Shown here piece after piece: positions 27,194 to 36,953 of a DNA stretch of 64,000 nt. Position 1 is the stretch's first letter. Each line of letters starts with the position of its first letter. A model generated the notes under the pieces. That model had not been told where the DNA came from and ran no database searches. It was given only the letters and a program-made list of their open reading frames with translations. This DNA is from an uncultured Thermoleophilia bacterium (GTDB lineage: Bacteria > Actinomycetota > Thermoleophilia > Gaiellales > Gaiellaceae), in the NCBI GenBank assembly GCA_963799905.1, contig CAWCYU010000021.1, positions 19,628 through 83,627 on the forward strand, read 5' to 3'. The translations under genes were made by a program, and so were the position numbers.

Positions 27194-28465
27194 ATGGAGA
27201 GGCGTGGACCGACGCGGCCGAAATTCGGCACGGTGTGTGCACTGCTTAGCGTCTCCGGAATGATGGCGGTCTTCGTGCTGGCAGGGTCGGCAGGCTCGGC
27301 GAGCAGCCCTGCGTTCTCGGCGATCAAGGTGTGTGCGAACTCAGCCATCTGGGTGGGCGGCTGCGCGACGAACGAGCGCAACTCGACCTTGCGCTCGAGC
27401 ACGCTCACATGCTCGTTCACGATCGCAGCCAACGCTGCCAACGTGACTGCGTTCTGGCGTTACAACGGCGTTCCTGGGTTCACGCGCAAGTTCGCACCCG
27501 ACCCGAGGGCGACGATCGGTTCGATCGCCTTCGACACGGGTGGAGAGCAGCCGATCCCAGGCGGGATCTACACGTGTGTTGTCCGGGCCGGAACGGCGCA
27601 AGGGTCCGCGACGATCAAGAGCTCGGGGCCGATGGGCGCGATCGTCCAGGCAGCCGCGTGCAGCGGCGACCACGCGAGCCGAATTGGCCCGGCCAGGCTG
27701 TTCCCGCTCTGCCCCAACGATGAGAGCGCCAGACCCGTGGCGGGAGGACGCGCGGGCTCGGTCGTCTGTAACGCCGTCTACCCGAGCGCGGTTGGGCAGA
27801 CGGCAACCACTGAACTCCTTCGCGACGGGACACCAATCGGGCACACGTCGTTCAAGGTCACTGAAACGCTCACGCAGGGCGTCCTCGAGCGCCCCTCTGA
27901 CGTCAATCCGACCCCACTACAACCCGGCAACTACGGTTGCAGATTCACGCTCAGCGGCGGTGAGACAGTCACCAAGAGTTTCTCCCTCGTCCCTGGCAAA
28001 CCATCCCCCTCCCAAGCAGCCTCCCAGGTCTTACGGGAGCTGAGCGAGCTCCACGTGCGCTCGTTCAACACGATCTGCGTGCCCCACAAGCTGCTGCAGC
28101 TCTTCGCTGACCCCGACCCCGGGTTCGTCGTCCTCGGCTCCGCCCGAATAAGAGGCAAGGCGATGATCCTCGACGACAAGTACATCTGTGCACCGCTCGT
28201 CGCCCATGCTGCTGCCGAGCCAACCACCCACATCACGCCCCCGACGCTGCTGGCTCTGTCAGTGGTCGCCCACGAATACGGCCACACCCTGGGGCTGAGA
28301 CGCGAGAACATCGCCGAGTGCTTCGCCGCCCGAGCCGTCTGGAAATGGGTGCGACGATCAAACCTCACCCCATCCGACAGAGCCAAGGCGCACACGTTCA
28401 TCCTCGACAACCGCCGCCGACCCGCGGCCTACAAGCTGACGCCGACCTGCACGCTGCCGAGCTAG
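27194..28465 (+). CDS. Secreted Cys-rich protein with C-terminal HExxH metallopeptidase-like domain
   Basis: Signal peptide, beta-rich Cys-containing modules, and AHEYGH...ENIAECFA. Confidence 0.65.
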   Translation: MERRGPTRPKFGTVCALLSVSGMMAVFVLAGSAGSASSPAFSAIKVCANSAIWVGGCATNERNSTLRSSTLTCSFTIAANAANVTAFWRYNGVPGFTRKFAPDPRATIGSIAFDTGGEQPIPGGIYTCVVRAGTAQGSATIKSSGPMGAIVQAAACSGDHASRIGPARLFPLCPNDESARPVAGGRAGSVVCNAVYPSAVGQTATTELLRDGTPIGHTSFKVTETLTQGVLERPSDVNPTPLQPGNYGCRFTLSGGETVTKSFSLVPGKPSPSQAASQVLRELSELHVRSFNTICVPHKLLQLFADPDPGFVVLGSARIRGKAMILDDKYICAPLVAHAAAEPTTHITPPTLLALSVVAHEYGHTLGLRRENIAECFAARAVWKWVRRSNLTPSDRAKAHTFILDNRRRPAAYKLTPTCTLPS

Positions 28466-28545
28466 GCCGACAGTCGCGTATCGACCCAGGGGGCTGACCG
28501 CCCTCGAGGTGGCACGGGCTACGCCCTTGCCGGATCCCGCTGGGG

Positions 28546-28571
28546 GTTCCCATCGGTGCCCGCCGGGGTAG
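28546..28571 (+). promoter_or_regulatory. SigB/SigF-like promoter
   Basis: GTTC-N16-GGGTAG upstream of 28604. Confidence 0.45.
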
Positions 28572-28603
28572 AAGCGTGAGACCCTGGCGGAAGGAGTGTC
28601 GAG

Positions 28604-29137
28604 ATGGGAAAGCTGATCGCGACCGCACAGGCCACGATCGATGGTGTCGTGGACCCGGTCGGCGAATGGGTGCAGCCCGACGGAGATCACGGCGACTACT
28701 CGTTCGAGCGTCAGTCCAGATCCAGTGGGCTGGTGCTTGGCCGCAAGACGTACGACGGGCTGGCAGGGTTCTGGCCAAGCCAGACGGGCAAGTGGGCCGA
28801 GATGGTCAACTCGATGCGAAAGTACGTCGGATCCAAGACCTTGTCCGGAGATCTCGAATGGAACGCGACCCTGTTAGAGGGAGAACTCGAGGACTCGATT
28901 CCGAAGCTGAAAGGCGAGGTTAGCGGTGACCTGTTCCTGCACGGGAGTGGCGAGTTCGCATACGCGCTCGCCGAGAGGCGGTTGATCGACGAGTACGAGG
29001 TGTACCTCAACCCCCTGGTCTGGGGCGACGGGAACGTCCACGTGCTCGGCGACAGGGGAACCGTCCGGATGGAACTCGACGAGCTCAAGAGGTTCGACTC
29101 TGGAATAGTCCTTCTCACGTATCGCCCAACTGTGTAG
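28604..29137 (+). CDS. Dihydrofolate reductase-like (RibD C-terminal) family protein
   Basis: ATIDG, LGRKTY, GSG and LIDEY...PLVWGDG, with an AAGGAG RBS. Confidence 0.9.
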   Translation: MGKLIATAQATIDGVVDPVGEWVQPDGDHGDYSFERQSRSSGLVLGRKTYDGLAGFWPSQTGKWAEMVNSMRKYVGSKTLSGDLEWNATLLEGELEDSIPKLKGEVSGDLFLHGSGEFAYALAERRLIDEYEVYLNPLVWGDGNVHVLGDRGTVRMELDELKRFDSGIVLLTYRPTV

Positions 29138-29199
29138 AGGCGGCGTGGGTCGCAACCTCGCGGGGGTTCCTTGCGTCTGGACACCCGCCGGGTGGCCGT

Positions 29200-31245
29200 C
29201 TAGCTGCGGACAAAGGCGATCTGGGCTGTTCCGACCGTCGCGGGGCTGCTCAGCTTGTATTCGCAGCGGGTTTGGCCGTTTGCGTGCGAGGGCGCGGGCA
29301 CGGAGATCGTCCTGACGGCTCCGGCCGGCAGCGGTTGGCGGAGCGCGACTTTGCCGTCGATACCGATCTCGACCGAGGTTCTCGCGGTCTTCCCGATGAG
29401 TGTCAGCTGAAGCCTGCCCCGGCCGCAAGCGTAGATCGTGATCGTGACGGGTTCGGAGATGTCGCCGTTGGCACGGAGTCCTGTCGTTGAGGTCGAAAGG
29501 CGCGGTGCGCCGTGAGTGAGCCAAAGACGTAGGCCGGCCTGCTCCAGTTCCTCGCCCTGGTGGATTCCCGTCGCATTCTTTCCGACCAGCGTAAACACAG
29601 TCGAGGCGATCACCTCTCGCTCGGCCAGTGGATGCCCTCGAGCGTCGACGATGAGTCCACTCGGCCGAACGCGCGCTGGCCTGGAGCCCGGTATCGGTCC
29701 GGGCCCCGGTACGGGGCCGATGTTCACGACCGATCGGATCCGACTGTTCCAGAACGCGTATTGCCAGACGGCGTTCCAATGCCGGTTGCCGTCGTAGAGG
29801 TAGGTGACCGGACCGGCCGCTGCGTGGTTCACCCAGGATTTGGAGGCGGAGCCGAAGAACGCCTTCCGGTCGGCCCGCGCGCGCGCGTCGATCTCCTTGA
29901 TCGTGAGAATCGAGGTGATCACGAATGCCGTCCCGATGAGGGCCGGCAGGATGAATGTCGCGCGGCGGGGGAGGAACACGGTCAGGACGACGACGATCAG
30001 CACACCGGCCGGCCAGAGCAGCGCGACGGTGTCGGGCGAGGTCTTAGCTATCAGTCGCTCGAGCGGGATTGTCATAAAAGCGTCCGGCGCCGCGATGGGT
30101 ACGAAGAGCGCACGCACGGGCAGAAGCAGCGCCGGCAGGGCCACGAGGCAGGCGATGAAGGAGGTGGACGGCTGGGGACGCGGGGCGCCACGTGAGAGCC
30201 AAACGCCGAAGCAGGCCAATATCGGTGGCGCTGCGGCGATCAGGTCTCGCTCGGCTAGGTGTCCGACGAAGCGCGAGGCGAAGACCCCGACCTGAAGCGT
30301 CAGCCAGACGGAGGCCGAAAGCGCAATGGCCACAAGCGCCCGTACTCGAGGGTCGCGCTCTCTGCCCCAGCTCGCCTCGTATGCGAGCGTCATCATCGCG
30401 ATCAGCGGCGCGCCAAGCACGAGGAGGAAGAGGTCTCCCGCATGCCTGAACACCCAGAGCGCGGCCTCCCCCCTGTCGTAGCCAGCGCTTGTGGTGACGC
30501 CGTAAGCGCCGAGTGCCGACGCTGAACCATTCGCGAAGTGAACGCCAAGCCAGACCACTCCGAGCACCGCAAGCACGGTCAACGTTGGCGCGAATCTCCG
30601 CACGAATCCCGCATCTCGCGCGAACCATGCAGCGAGTCCGACCGCGGTCACCCACACAGGCACCAAGACAAGACCTTGGAGCCGCATCGATAGGGCGAGC
30701 ATGATTGCCACGCCTGCCACGCCTTGACGTAGGAGCGTGGGGTGCACCAACGCGCGAGCCATCGTCCAAAGTGCGAGTGTCGCGGTTATCAGGAATGCGG
30801 ACTCGGTCATCAGCAACCCGCTGTACGCCAGCGAGGGAACCAGGACCGTGAGAACCGCCGAGGCAAGCGCCCAGCGAGCTCCCGCAACCGGGCGGGCCCA
30901 GACATATACGATCGCCCCCGCTACCGACGCCAACAGCGCCTGGATCGCCTGAAGAACGTGGACGCCTTCGGTTGGGCCGAACAAGGTTCCCGGCAATCCG
31001 GCAAGCAGCGGGTAGAGGCCGTAGAACGGCGCGTCGACCCCGAGTACGTCAAGATGTCCCGTCTCCCAAAACGACCTGCCGATCAGCCCGTACACCATCT
31101 CGTCAGGCGCAATCCATGGCGCCTCCAGAGGCCGAGCGGCGAGCGTGCGCGCAACCGCAGAACAGACGATGAGCGCACCAACAGCAAGGCCCGCTAAGAC
31201 CGAGGTCCGATTCGGCGAACGCTGCCCACGCATAGCGCCTCTCAT
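29200..31245 (-). CDS. Multi-TM GT-C-type glycosyltransferase-like membrane protein
   Basis: WIAPDEMVY acidic motif after the first TM, LMTE, many TM helices and a soluble C-terminal beta domain. Confidence 0.7.
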   Translation of the reverse strand: MRGAMRGQRSPNRTSVLAGLAVGALIVCSAVARTLAARPLEAPWIAPDEMVYGLIGRSFWETGHLDVLGVDAPFYGLYPLLAGLPGTLFGPTEGVHVLQAIQALLASVAGAIVYVWARPVAGARWALASAVLTVLVPSLAYSGLLMTESAFLITATLALWTMARALVHPTLLRQGVAGVAIMLALSMRLQGLVLVPVWVTAVGLAAWFARDAGFVRRFAPTLTVLAVLGVVWLGVHFANGSASALGAYGVTTSAGYDRGEAALWVFRHAGDLFLLVLGAPLIAMMTLAYEASWGRERDPRVRALVAIALSASVWLTLQVGVFASRFVGHLAERDLIAAAPPILACFGVWLSRGAPRPQPSTSFIACLVALPALLLPVRALFVPIAAPDAFMTIPLERLIAKTSPDTVALLWPAGVLIVVVLTVFLPRRATFILPALIGTAFVITSILTIKEIDARARADRKAFFGSASKSWVNHAAAGPVTYLYDGNRHWNAVWQYAFWNSRIRSVVNIGPVPGPGPIPGSRPARVRPSGLIVDARGHPLAEREVIASTVFTLVGKNATGIHQGEELEQAGLRLWLTHGAPRLSTSTTGLRANGDISEPVTITIYACGRGRLQLTLIGKTARTSVEIGIDGKVALRQPLPAGAVRTISVPAPSHANGQTRCEYKLSSPATVGTAQIAFVRS

Positions 31246-31304
31246 CCGCAGAGCGACTGACGTACCCGCCGAGCAATAGAAGGCGGCGGTCGCCGTAGCG
31301 CCCG

Positions 31305-31333
31305 ACTATCCCTCCAGCCTCGCCCAGCGTCAA
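31305..31333 (-). promoter_or_regulatory. Sigma70-type promoter
   Basis: TTGACG-N17-GATAGT on the minus strand upstream of the GT-C gene. Confidence 0.45.
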
Positions 31334-31533
31334 GTCGGGCCTCGACCCCTTGGCGCCGGCGACCGACGGGCGGATCGAAGGGGTTGACTCCCGCTGGATG
31401 CGCGAGTGGGCCGCGACTGGACGAGCTCCTCTCCATTGAGGAGGAGGGACCAGCCGCTTGCCCACCGAGCGAGCGTCACTGACGAACGAGCTCACCCGGT
31501 CCATCGCAGAGAACGGCCTGAACCGAAACGTCG

Positions 31534-32514
31534 TCAGGTGAGCGCGGTGACGAGCTCTTCCTTGCTCATGCTGGAGTAGCCCTTGACCCGCCGTCGCTTG
31601 GCTTCTCGCACGAGCTCGGATTTTGTGCGGTCTCCGACGCGGGGTGTCGTGCCGTTCTTGCCGGCGCTCTTCCCGTCGCCGTGAGCCTTTCCGCTGCTGC
31701 GTGACGAGCGCTTGCCGGAGCGCGTGTGGCGGGCGACGCTTTCGCGCAGCGCCTCGAGCAGGTCCGGCGGAGTCTCGTCGTCGCCGTCATCGGCGGTATC
31801 GACGTGAATGTCGTTCCCTTTCCGTTTCGCCTTGATCACGCCAAGGAGGGCGTCGCGATACGTGTCCTCGTACTTGCCGATGTCGAACGTGCTCTTGTAG
31901 CGATCGATCAATTCTCCGGCCAGGTCCAATTCCGCCTTCGCGACCCGGACCCCGCTCGGTGCGAGACCCTGATGGGGCCGGATCTCGTCGGCGAAGTACA
32001 GCTTCGACAGTGTCAGGACTCCGTCCCGGACACGCAGGCAGCCCAGGTGCTGCTTGTTGCGCATGACGTACGTCCCGATCGCCGCCAGACCCGCGCGATC
32101 CATCGCTTTCGCCAGGACCGCGTACACCTTCTCGCCCCCCGCCGCCGGAGCGAGGTAGTACGAGCGTTCCAGGTAGATCGGGTCGATCTCGTCGAGGGCG
32201 ACGAAGTCGGAAAGCTCGAAGGCGTGGTATCCCTTCGGCGCAGCGGCCTCGAAGTCCGCGTCCTCCAGATACACGTACTCGTCCTTCGACAGCTCGAACG
32301 CCGTCCCGATCTCCGACTCGGGCACTGGTTTCTGCTCCCGCTTGCAGATCTTCTCGTACCCGATGCGGCTGTCGTCCTTCCGGTGAAGGAGATGGAAATG
32401 CACGTCCTTCTCGTCGATCGCGCTGAGCATCCGAACCGGCACGCTCACGAGCCCGAACGAGATCGACCCCGACCAGATCGCTCGAGCTGCGTTCTTCTCT
32501 CTCGCACGAGCCAT
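31534..32514 (-). CDS. ku: NHEJ protein Ku with basic tail and Rho-N-like C-terminal helix pair
   Basis: IWSGSISFGLVSVPV, IDPIYLERSYY, YEDTYR and DLLEALRES. C-terminal TKSELVREAK...YSSMSKEEL. Confidence 0.96.
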   Translation of the reverse strand: MARAREKNAARAIWSGSISFGLVSVPVRMLSAIDEKDVHFHLLHRKDDSRIGYEKICKREQKPVPESEIGTAFELSKDEYVYLEDADFEAAAPKGYHAFELSDFVALDEIDPIYLERSYYLAPAAGGEKVYAVLAKAMDRAGLAAIGTYVMRNKQHLGCLRVRDGVLTLSKLYFADEIRPHQGLAPSGVRVAKAELDLAGELIDRYKSTFDIGKYEDTYRDALLGVIKAKRKGNDIHVDTADDGDDETPPDLLEALRESVARHTRSGKRSSRSSGKAHGDGKSAGKNGTTPRVGDRTKSELVREAKRRRVKGYSSMSKEELVTALT

Positions 32515-32523
32515 GGAAGTGGA

Positions 32524-32549
32524 GTACCCACCACGGGGCGGCGCGAATC
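32524..32549 (-). promoter_or_regulatory. SigB/SigF-like promoter of ku
   Basis: GATT-N16-GGGTAC, 9 nt before ATG 32514. Confidence 0.55.
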
Positions 32550-32560
32550 ACGATCCCGGG

Positions 32561-34021
32561 TTAGCCGTCCACGACGAGCCCCTGCAGCGGACCGAGCAGG
32601 CGTTCCGATCGTCGAGAAACATGTGGAAGTCGGACGAGCCGGTGCGTGAGCGGCTTGCCGGCTTCGCGACGCGCGAGTTGCTCTTCCGAAATGGGTTTCC
32701 AGTACCGGTCGATTACTGCGCGAGGGTCGCCGCCGATTGTCGCTGCGTCGAGTTCGAGATGCTCGGCCCAGAGGCGCAGGCGAGTCACACGCGCAAGGTC
32801 CGCGTCGTGGCAGACGACGTTCATCTCCGTATCGTTGAACAGTGAGTGCTCGTTCAGGTTCGCCGAGCCGACCGTGAGCCAGCGGTCGTCCACGATGCCG
32901 ACCTTCGCATGAACATAGATCGGCTCGGACAGACGCCCCTCGCGTGCATACAGCGTGCATGCGAGAAGGTGGCCACGCCCGTCGTCGGCGTCGATCAGCT
33001 CGGCGAGCACACCGCGGGTGTCGTCGCCGCCGGAGTTCGGCCTGGCGGGGAGCACGAGAACCATCCGGAAGGCCGGAGACGGCGGCGCCTCGAGCTTGCG
33101 CCGCAGCACCATGGCGATTTCATGCGACCACAGAAATTGGTTCTCGAGATAGATCAGCGACTCGGCCGACCGCAGTGCCTTGACGTACGACTCGAGGATT
33201 GAGAAGACGCCACGCGGTTCGGCCGCATAGACGTTCTCGGGGATCGTGCGGACGATCTGAACCATGTGCGAAGTTGGTTGCGATGCCTCGTGCAGGAGAG
33301 GCGGGTCGAGCTGTTCCCCGGTCACTTCGCGCCAACGCATCCGGAAATGGGCCGACACGTCGCCGACCGCGGGGCCCTCGAGCCTCGTGCTGACGTCATG
33401 CCATCCGACCGACGCCCGGGCAATGTGCTCGTGCGAGTCGAACCGGTCGCCGTTTTCGTCGGTGAGGTCGATCCCGCCGACGATTGCGACCCTGTCGTCG
33501 ATCACGATCGTCTTTTCGTGATGGCAGTGCAGCGGACGCTCGCGCGCGTCGAGCGCACACCGGATGCGGGTGCCGCGCGAGAGCTCCTCCATCGTACGGC
33601 GCACCGTGCGCCGAGAAGGCCGGAAGAGCGGAAGCGGCGCGCCGGCCCATGCGAGCACACGTGTATCGACCTTCTCCGCGAGCCTGGCCAGCAGGTTGCG
33701 AAGGACCACCTGCCGTCCGTCGCGGCGTAGGGCAAATGCGGGCGAGAACTGCCAGCCTGCAAGCCAGACATGCGAGCGGGCTTGCGACAGCTCGTCTGCG
33801 ATCCGTGGCAACGCCTCTGCCCCGTCGATCAGGATTTCCAGCGAGCAGCCGGGTCGTGGCGGCGGATCTCCCTCCGCCCATGCGGCCTGGCCCGGATGCA
33901 GCGCCCTACCCCAACCGACCTTGCGCAGGCGACGAGCGTGGTGCGCGGACACCCCTCGCCCGACAGCCTCGCCCAGCATCGCGTCGGCGGACCTGATCGA
34001 TCGGCCGATCAGGGAGGGCAT
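32561..34021 (-). CDS. Phospholipase D family protein
   Basis: Two HKD motifs (HEKTIVID, HAKVGIVD), GGIDL and GSANLN. Confidence 0.93.
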   Translation of the reverse strand: MPSLIGRSIRSADAMLGEAVGRGVSAHHARRLRKVGWGRALHPGQAAWAEGDPPPRPGCSLEILIDGAEALPRIADELSQARSHVWLAGWQFSPAFALRRDGRQVVLRNLLARLAEKVDTRVLAWAGAPLPLFRPSRRTVRRTMEELSRGTRIRCALDARERPLHCHHEKTIVIDDRVAIVGGIDLTDENGDRFDSHEHIARASVGWHDVSTRLEGPAVGDVSAHFRMRWREVTGEQLDPPLLHEASQPTSHMVQIVRTIPENVYAAEPRGVFSILESYVKALRSAESLIYLENQFLWSHEIAMVLRRKLEAPPSPAFRMVLVLPARPNSGGDDTRGVLAELIDADDGRGHLLACTLYAREGRLSEPIYVHAKVGIVDDRWLTVGSANLNEHSLFNDTEMNVVCHDADLARVTRLRLWAEHLELDAATIGGDPRAVIDRYWKPISEEQLARREAGKPLTHRLVRLPHVSRRSERLLGPLQGLVVDG

Positions 34022-34034
34022 GAAACCCCGGCGT

Positions 34035-34060
34035 GATTCGAGCCAACCAGGTTGGGGTAG
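34035..34060 (+). promoter_or_regulatory. SigB/SigF-like promoter
   Basis: GATT-N16-GGGTAG upstream of the small ORF at 34088. Confidence 0.5.
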
Positions 34061-34087
34061 GAACGGAAACAGCACAAGGGAGATTGG

Positions 34088-34252
34088 ATGTCCGACGCGC
34101 GGTGGCCGTTGCTCGAGCAGGAGGTGTTGCTTCCCATCGACAACGTCTGGCCGATCTCGGCCGAGGGACAGCCCAGCGGCCCTGACGACGACGAGGCGGG
34201 CGCCGACGCAGCTCCCGTCCCGGGGGCGCCGAACCCTGAGTCATCCGTCTGA
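34088..34252 (+). CDS. Small acidic protein (54 aa), not in the ORF track
   Basis: An AAGGGAG RBS precedes MSDARWPLLEQEVLLPIDNVWPISAEGQPSGPDDDEAGADAAPVPGAPNPESSV*, with a GGGTAG promoter upstream. Confidence 0.55.
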   Translation: MSDARWPLLEQEVLLPIDNVWPISAEGQPSGPDDDEAGADAAPVPGAPNPESSV

Positions 34253-34303
34253 GACTGCGGAAAGCGCCGCCGCCCCAGCGAGCGCTGGGCCGGTGACGAT
34301 CGG

Positions 34304-34858
34304 TCAGGCGTCGGAGTGCTCAATGTCCCTCGCATCCTCGAGCGACGCGACGACCCTCGCCCTGGCAACTCGTTCAAGATATGTGAGCGCGATCTCTTCG
34401 AGCTCGAGGTCGACCGTGGAACATGCCGAGCCGACGACAGTCACCTTCATGCCGGCCTCGCGAGCGGCGATCGCCGTCTGGGCGACGCAGCCTTCGGTCG
34501 ACATCCCAGCAAGGATGATCCGCTCGATCTCGAGGTTTTCGAGGATCAAATCCAGGGGCGTGTGGTCGAACGCCGAGTACCTGGGTTTGACGACGAAGCG
34601 ATCCTCTGGTCTCGGCGCGATCTTCTCGATGAGCTGCCCGGCGGGCCCTCGCCTTGCCCGGTCGACAATCGCCCCGGCCTCGCCGTCGAAGCAGCCGAAC
34701 GAGTCGTTCGCGTACACGATCGGCGCAGCCTCTGCTCTGAACGATCGAACGAGCGAGCGGAGCTGCGGAAAGCGCTCTTGAAAGCACGCGAGCAGCAGAT
34801 CGCCGTCGTCGTGCTCGAAATCGTCGAACAGATCGACGAGCAGCAGGCAATCGCGCAT
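34304..34858 (-). CDS. Isochorismatase-family cysteine hydrolase
   Basis: D...K...C triad pattern: LLLVD, VKPRYSAF, GMSTEGCV. Confidence 0.92.
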   Translation of the reverse strand: MRDCLLLVDLFDDFEHDDGDLLLACFQERFPQLRSLVRSFRAEAAPIVYANDSFGCFDGEAGAIVDRARRGPAGQLIEKIAPRPEDRFVVKPRYSAFDHTPLDLILENLEIERIILAGMSTEGCVAQTAIAAREAGMKVTVVGSACSTVDLELEEIALTYLERVARARVVASLEDARDIEHSDA

Positions 34859-34867
34859 GGTGGTGCA

Positions 34868-34892
34868 GTACCCCGGAAGCTCGGGCCCAAAC
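34868..34892 (-). promoter_or_regulatory. SigB/SigF-like promoter
   Basis: GTTT-N15-GGGTAC, 9 nt before ATG 34858. Confidence 0.65.
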
Positions 34893-35041
34893 CGCGGGTG
34901 CCGCGGGCCAAGGCCATGTGGTCATCCTCGACGAACGGGAACCGGATCGAGCAGCCCCGGCCGCCCGAGTCAGGTCGGCTGCGGCCTTGCGCCTCGTTCA
35001 AGCGCGCCGCAGCGGCGCTCATCCGGTGGCGCTCTGGCCGA

Positions 35042-35476
35042 TCACGCGACGAACTCGTCGCGTGACACCACCCTCGCCTCGAGGTACACGATCCGGCCGT
35101 CGACCATCACGTCCTCGTCGCGGCCGTCCCGAATTTCCACCTCGTCGACGATCCATCCCGGAGCCACCTCGTCACCTCGCTTCGGGTAGGCCGCGTTGTC
35201 GTCGAGGGTCTCGAGGGTCCCCGTTCCGTCCGGAAATCGGATCAGAAAGGAGCTGGATTCCGCGGACGCGCTCGAGCCGGCTCCCGCTACCTCCTGCGCC
35301 TCGTCGACCGCGTCCGTCTGGCCTCCCTCGAGCGGATGCTCGTTCGGCCCGTCGCGATCGTCGGTGTCGGTCTTCCCGCCTGGGTGCTCGTCCTTGAACG
35401 GCGCCTGATCTTCGACGTCCGACGCCGACAAGCCGTGATCGCTCTCCTGCGGATCGTGTTCGATCGTCATCACCAC
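35042..35476 (-). CDS. Hypothetical acidic protein
   Basis: Disordered D/E-rich N-half and a small beta-type C-domain (FLIRFPDG...GWIVDEV). Confidence 0.65.
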   Translation of the reverse strand: MVMTIEHDPQESDHGLSASDVEDQAPFKDEHPGGKTDTDDRDGPNEHPLEGGQTDAVDEAQEVAGAGSSASAESSSFLIRFPDGTGTLETLDDNAAYPKRGDEVAPGWIVDEVEIRDGRDEDVMVDGRIVYLEARVVSRDEFVA

Positions 35477-35535
35477 TTCTGGTCGGTGCGTGAGCGAGAG
35501 CGCCTCCGATGGGCGAATACCGAGCTCGTGCGGCG

Positions 35536-36369
35536 CTAGATCCGCCGGTAGCGTGCGTCGCTGAACGAGTAGAGCGCGAAGGCGATCAGCCCGAGGGCGA
35601 CGACTCCGAGAACAAGTGAGCCGTACGAGCTGTGCTGGATCTTGGCCAGGGCGCCGTCGAGGCCGACCGCGTCACGCGCGCTGAAGTCCACCGCTGCCTT
35701 GATCAGGAAGGTGCCGATCAGCCCGAAGACGACCATCCGGGCAAGGTGGCCGAGGATTCCGAGCCACGTGACCAACTTCTTCGCCCGCGGGCTCATCTCT
35801 TCGGTTTTCGAGTCTGCGAGGAAGTCCTTCGTCAGGCCGCGGTAGCCCTGATAGAGGCCCACGCCGAGGACGATCAGACCCGCCGCCCCGACGATCCAGG
35901 TGCCGGCGGGCCATCCGAAGACCCCTGCTGCCGCCGACCTGGGAGTCGTCGAGCTGCCCTTGCCGTTCATCAGAATGCGGATCGCGACGATGCAAAGCCC
36001 GCTGTAGACGATCCCGCTGCCGAGCGCCGCTAGGCGATCGAAGGTGCTGTCGGTTCCCTCGGGTCCGTGTCCGATGGCCGCTCGAATGAGCCGCCAGAGG
36101 GCATAGCCGCCCAGACCGACAGCGACGAGTGAGAGGAGTATCTCGCCAAAGGGCTGATCGGCGACGGTGTGAAGCGCACCCTGCTGATTCGTCGTCTTGC
36201 CGCCGTGCCCGAGCGCCAGTTTCAGCGCCAGAACCCCGACGATCCCGTAGATCAAGCCGCGGGCGACGAACCCGGCTCGAGAAAGCCATTCGAACCCGTT
36301 CGAATGCACCACGCGCTCGCCACCATCGCGGACAGGCTGCGCTGCACGGCTGTTGGCAAGGTTCGTCAT
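35536..36369 (-). CDS. DUF1206-domain membrane protein
   Basis: RAGFVARGLIY, QQGAL...QPFG...ALWRL, GLDGAL and YS...ARYRR. Confidence 0.9.
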   Translation of the reverse strand: MTNLANSRAAQPVRDGGERVVHSNGFEWLSRAGFVARGLIYGIVGVLALKLALGHGGKTTNQQGALHTVADQPFGEILLSLVAVGLGGYALWRLIRAAIGHGPEGTDSTFDRLAALGSGIVYSGLCIVAIRILMNGKGSSTTPRSAAAGVFGWPAGTWIVGAAGLIVLGVGLYQGYRGLTKDFLADSKTEEMSPRAKKLVTWLGILGHLARMVVFGLIGTFLIKAAVDFSARDAVGLDGALAKIQHSSYGSLVLGVVALGLIAFALYSFSDARYRRI

Positions 36370-36752
36370 GCGCCGGCAGGAAGGTCGCCGGCCCGACCCG
36401 ACCGGTTGTCGTTGCGCAAACGCCGGCGTCGCATCTCGGCGAGCACCGCCGCGACACGAGGGGACCGGCCGCTCGTGCTCGGGTCCTCGACCGCATCGGC
36501 ATTCGAGGCAAGAGCCCTCGCGTGGACACGGATGAGTCCGTCCCGCGTCACGCGCACGTTCTCGACGACACCCGTGACATTGGCGTGGATGACGTCCCCC
36601 ACGCGCGGAATCTCGGCGACCACACAGACGGTCGCGACGCCGCCGAGCTGGACGACAGCTCTCCTCCCGCGCGATTCCTGGTGCTCGCTCGAGGGGATAG
36701 CCAGCCCGAAAACTGCCGGACGTCGTGACGGGAACTGGATCACAGCGCTCAT
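36366..36752 (-). CDS. Hypothetical protein
   Basis: The stop overlaps the DUF1206 ATG (ATGA), and a SigB-like promoter lies upstream. Confidence 0.55.
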   Translation of the reverse strand: MSAVIQFPSRRPAVFGLAIPSSEHQESRGRRAVVQLGGVATVCVVAEIPRVGDVIHANVTGVVENVRVTRDGLIRVHARALASNADAVEDPSTSGRSPRVAAVLAEMRRRRLRNDNRSGRAGDLPAGA

Positions 36753-36764
36753 CAGAATCAGGTC

Positions 36765-36791
36765 GTACCCCGGCTGTCCGTGCGGCTAAAC
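36765..36791 (-). promoter_or_regulatory. SigB/SigF-like promoter
   Basis: GTTT-N17-GGGTAC, 12 nt before ATG 36752. Confidence 0.6.
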
Positions 36792-36864
36792 CCGCGTCGG
36801 CCTGGTCGACGGCGTCGCGGGCTGGAATCCGGACTGCCATCCGGAGCCGACCACGCACCGCGGG

Positions 36865-36890
36865 GTTGGGAGGCTCGACCCGCGGGGTAG
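36865..36890 (+). promoter_or_regulatory. SigB/SigF-like promoter
   Basis: GTTG-N16-GGGTAG(GAAC) upstream of the small ORF/polX unit. Confidence 0.5.
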
Positions 36891-36953
36891 GAACACGAGG
36901 GTCGCGGATTCCGATCGAAGGAGTGTTTCGTCGTGCCACACGCCGAGTTCCGC

